The notes beneath the pieces were generated by a model. That model was given only the letters and a program-made list of their open reading frames with translations. It had not been told where the DNA came from and did not search any database. A stretch of 64,000 bases of DNA. Origin: Isurus oxyrinchus (taxonomy: Eukaryota). The position numbers were made by a program, and so were the translations under genes. The stretch covers positions 186,001 through 250,000 of the forward strand of contig JANJGN010000038.1 of assembly GCA_026770705.1 (NCBI GenBank). Reading direction: 5' to 3'. How positions within the stretch are numbered: the stretch's first letter is position 1; each line of letters begins with the position of its first letter. This document shows, in pieces, positions 60,640-64,000 of the stretch.

Positions 60640-63600
60640 TGAGAAGCAGAGTTATGTTTTCAGGCCTGTGCACTGATTCAGTACAGTTCTGCTGAAAAGT
60701 CACAGACCTGATATGAAAACTATGTTTCTCTCTCCACAGGTGCTACCAGGACTGTTTTAGTTCCAAAATATTGTGTTTTATTTCAGAGTTATAGCATCGC
60801 CTTTCTCTTCTCTTTTCTTTGAGTAGAATGTAGAACTCATTGCCAGAAGGATTAGAGATCCAAGTCTGAGCTGGACAATCCTGGGTAAAGTCACATGATT
60901 AAAACATCATTCACCATCTGAATGTGGAAATGGATTCTCTCAATCACCTCATTCATTGATACAGCTGCTGTCACATCTGATGGAGAAAACTTTGCGAAGG
61001 GATTTTCTCAGTTTGGCCACCTGTTAACAATCCAGCTTTAAAAGTTCAAAGGATTTAAGTCGCAACAGTCACGTTCTGACTGACAGGACAGAGCTTAAAT
61101 GCCCGGCATATGGAAGGAAAAATAACTTCTTCACCCAGACTGCTGAGAATCCAATGAATCCACCTCGAACTGTTGGGGCTTGTTCTATTCTTAATTACAC
61201 CCAGGACAGAAGTATGGTGGAAGCCCGTGTACTTTGACTGTTCTATTTATCAAATTAATAATTTTAAATTTTCTCTCCAAGGGTTCGGTCATGATTGAAA
61301 CATGAAACAGAATTTTACATTCAAGAATATCACTCTCCAATGGCGGACTTTTCACCCAGCATTCAGAGAGGGACAGAAGGTGTCCTATCCAGAACGCCAT
61401 TGCTGTGCGCATGCGCATATCTAAGTGTGATTGGCATCTGCGCATTGCGGTCTCCTATCTGAGCATGCGCAGTGCTGTCCTGTGAGCGGAGCCGGAGAGC
61501 TGTGAGAAAATGGCGACGGCGGTAGAATAACAGATTTAGTGGGTGGGCGGGAGGAATGGAGCCAGTGAAGTGGGCAGGGAAGCTTCATAAACACTTGGTG
61601 CAGGCCGCACACCCTTAATATGAAACTACCGGCCCCGCGTTTGCAGTGAACAGACCGGAAATGGCTGGGACTCTCCCTCTGCCAGGCCCGGGGCAGCGGC
61701 TTTGCAGCAGGGCGCATGCGCGGTCATCCTGGTCCAGGTAGCAGGAGGAGAGAATGTTGTGAATTTCTATCCTGGACTGACAGGGATGGAGTTTGGAAAC
61801 TCCTTTTACAGGAGGTTAGAAGGGGAGGATTTACACACAGCAAACTCAAACCAAGAGAAATGTTTGTCTCTTCGCAACTTGTATCCTGGACTGACAGTGA
61901 TGGGTATTTTTATAATCTTTTTACAGGATGTTGAATGGGAAGGATTTGCAGACAGAAAACTCAAACCAACATCATCACATCAAGACCTGACAGAGTCATT
62001 TGATTCATCAGGACCTGAATAATATCGGCCTCTGAGCGTAAGCATTGATTTCCACTCAATCACTCATTGGGTAATGTTTTTTTCCTCGCAGGCCCCCTGT
62101 ATATATTGCTTCAAATCTTAAATCTATGTCTGTAATCCTTTTATGATCAACTAATGTGAACATCTTTATCTTATCTCAACCTATCATAAACTTGTACACC
62201 TCCATAAAATCTCCCCTCAATCCACTTTGCTCCAAGGCGAATATCCCCAGTTTCTCCAAACTAACCTTACAACTAAAATCCCTCATCCCTTACCCATTTT
62301 GGTAAATCTCCTCCGCACCCTCTCACATTCTTCATAATGTGTGGTGATCACTGGTCTGCATAGACCCAGATGTTATGTGTCTGTGTGTGTGACATCATCA
62401 CACATCGACAATTACACTGTAAAATCATCACACATCGACAATTTCACGGTGACATCACCCCGCTCCCCAGGTATTTCCTGTACTGGGAGATTTTTCTCTG
62501 ACTCCAGTGCTTCTGATATCTTTCCAGCTGCAGGCTCCAGCAGGAGATTTTAAATTTGAAAACTGTAATTGTTTCGGAGTTGAGTATATTTGACTATTCA
62601 TCAACAGTTTAGAGCTTTTAGTGCTGTACTCTGTTATCTGTGAGAGGTTTCATGGCTCTGGGGCTGGTGTGACTCCTTTACTGAGGATCTGAATCCATGT
62701 CCATCTATTGCTCTGTTTCATCCTTTGCCCTTCCTGATCACCTCTCTGCCATTGTCTAACTTTCTCTATCTCTAATAATGGGTGTATTTTAACTATGTTT
62801 AGGATTTTAATATTTCTTCTGCCAACTGTGTCTAAATGAGATTTGCATTGTTGTCCATCCCCCGACCATGTGCTGCTGGCTCATCAGCTTTATCTTCCCA
62901 CAGTATCTTTCAGGAATCGTTTTCCCTGCGCTCTCGTCCATTTCTCTTCCACTTTAGCGCCTGTGTTGACCATCAAATTCTGCCCACCCTGAAATGGTAA
63001 TTAATTAATCCTAAAGACAAAACAAAACTGCGGATGCTGGAAATCCAAAACAAAAACAGAATTACCTGGAAAAACTCCGCTGCCAGACCTGCTGAGTTTT
63101 TCCAGGTAATTCTGTTTTTGTATTAATTAATCCTGTTGTATAATGGTACCAAGGTGTTTCACAGGAGTGTTAGAAAGCAACATTTGACACGGAGCCACAT
63201 GGACAAAAGTTTACTCAAAGAGGTAGGCGTTATGGATTATCTTAAGGGAGGAAAGTGAAGTGGAGAGGTTTAGCGGGGCAATTCCAGAGCTTGTGGCCTT
63301 GGCAGCTGCTGGAGGAGACCCAAAGGTGGTGCAGTTAAAATCAGGAATGCTGAGCAGGTCGGAATTAGAGAAGTGTAGATACCTCGGAGGGTTGTGAGGA
63401 TGGAAGAGATTATAGAGGTAGGGAGGGAGAGACCATGGAGAGATTTGAAAACAAGGATGAGAAATTTAAAATTGAGGTTCTCCTTAACCCAGAGGCTTTG
63501 TAAGTCGAAGAATACAGGGGTGATGGATGAACAAGACTTGGTGCGAGGAAGCAGAGTTTTGGTTTACATGGAGGCTAAATGTGGGAGGCCGGCTGGGAGT

Positions 63601-63960
63601 GTGTTCTGATAGTTAAGTCTAGACAGAACAAAGGAATGGATGACAGGTTGAGCAGTTACATAAAGGGATATGTGGATAGTGTGGGAAAAGACTTCGAACA
63701 GATTGAATGGTGGAGCAGAATGGGCTGAATGGCCTACTCCTGCTCCTATGTTCCTATGCACAGTCTGGTTCAGCCACACACAGTTGTCAGTAAGAGGGAT
63801 GGAGCCGGTGGTCAGGGAGTGGAATTTGTAGCAGGGACTGAAGACAATGGCTTCAGTCTTCCCAATATTTAAACAGAGGAAATTTCTGTTGATCCAGACA
63901 AGTCAGGATGGTGTGTGACTTGGAAGGGATCTTGGAGATGATGGTGTTCACATACACCTG
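60640..63960 (+). repeat. Direct segmental duplicate of ~36700-40520
   Basis: Colinear similarity across the promoter, the ZNF leader, the gtgacatcatcacacatcgacaatt repeats (38808 vs 62390) and the L2 fragment. Confidence 0.85.
63013..63121. mobile_element. 109-bp Penelope mini-insertion made of two inverted 3' termini
   Basis: caaaaacagaattacctggaaaaactc..gagtttttccaggtaattctgtttttg; TSD attaattaatcct at 63000-63012 and 63122-63134. Confidence 0.88.
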
Positions 63961-64000
63961 CAAGTAGAGCTGGATAGAGGGCCAGTGATAGGTAAAGATA

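Overview
Cartilaginous-fish (shark, Heterodontus-like) genomic DNA. 0-7 kb: 3' end of an IgM heavy-chain gene on the + strand: CH4 exon with secretory tailpiece, a 5.4 kb intron that is mostly degenerate (CA)n and holds an N-gap, then TM1 and TM2. 9-10.4 kb: an old 27-bp repeat array. 10.5-36.6 kb: a scrambled, repeatedly duplicated tRNA field of about 26 Ser/Val/Glu/Lys/Asn/Thr/Leu copies. Only Asn-GTT (27340) and Glu-TTC (29576) look intact; the rest are largely CpG-decayed. Penelope-like (GIY-YIG) retroelements are inserted here and further right. Four of them have 13-bp target-site duplications, several carry hammerhead-ribozyme-like motifs, and one forms a 2.4 kb palindrome. 36.7-64 kb: duplicated NRF1/YY1-type promoters with C2H2-ZNF leader exons, one ~20-finger ZNF pseudogene, several minisatellites, CR1/L2 LINE and SINE debris, and a U4 snRNA copy that retains PSE/DSE/3'-box-like elements. 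Almost all ORFs in the supplied track are artefacts of repeats. Identities and family names were judged by eye against remembered consensus sequences, not by database search.
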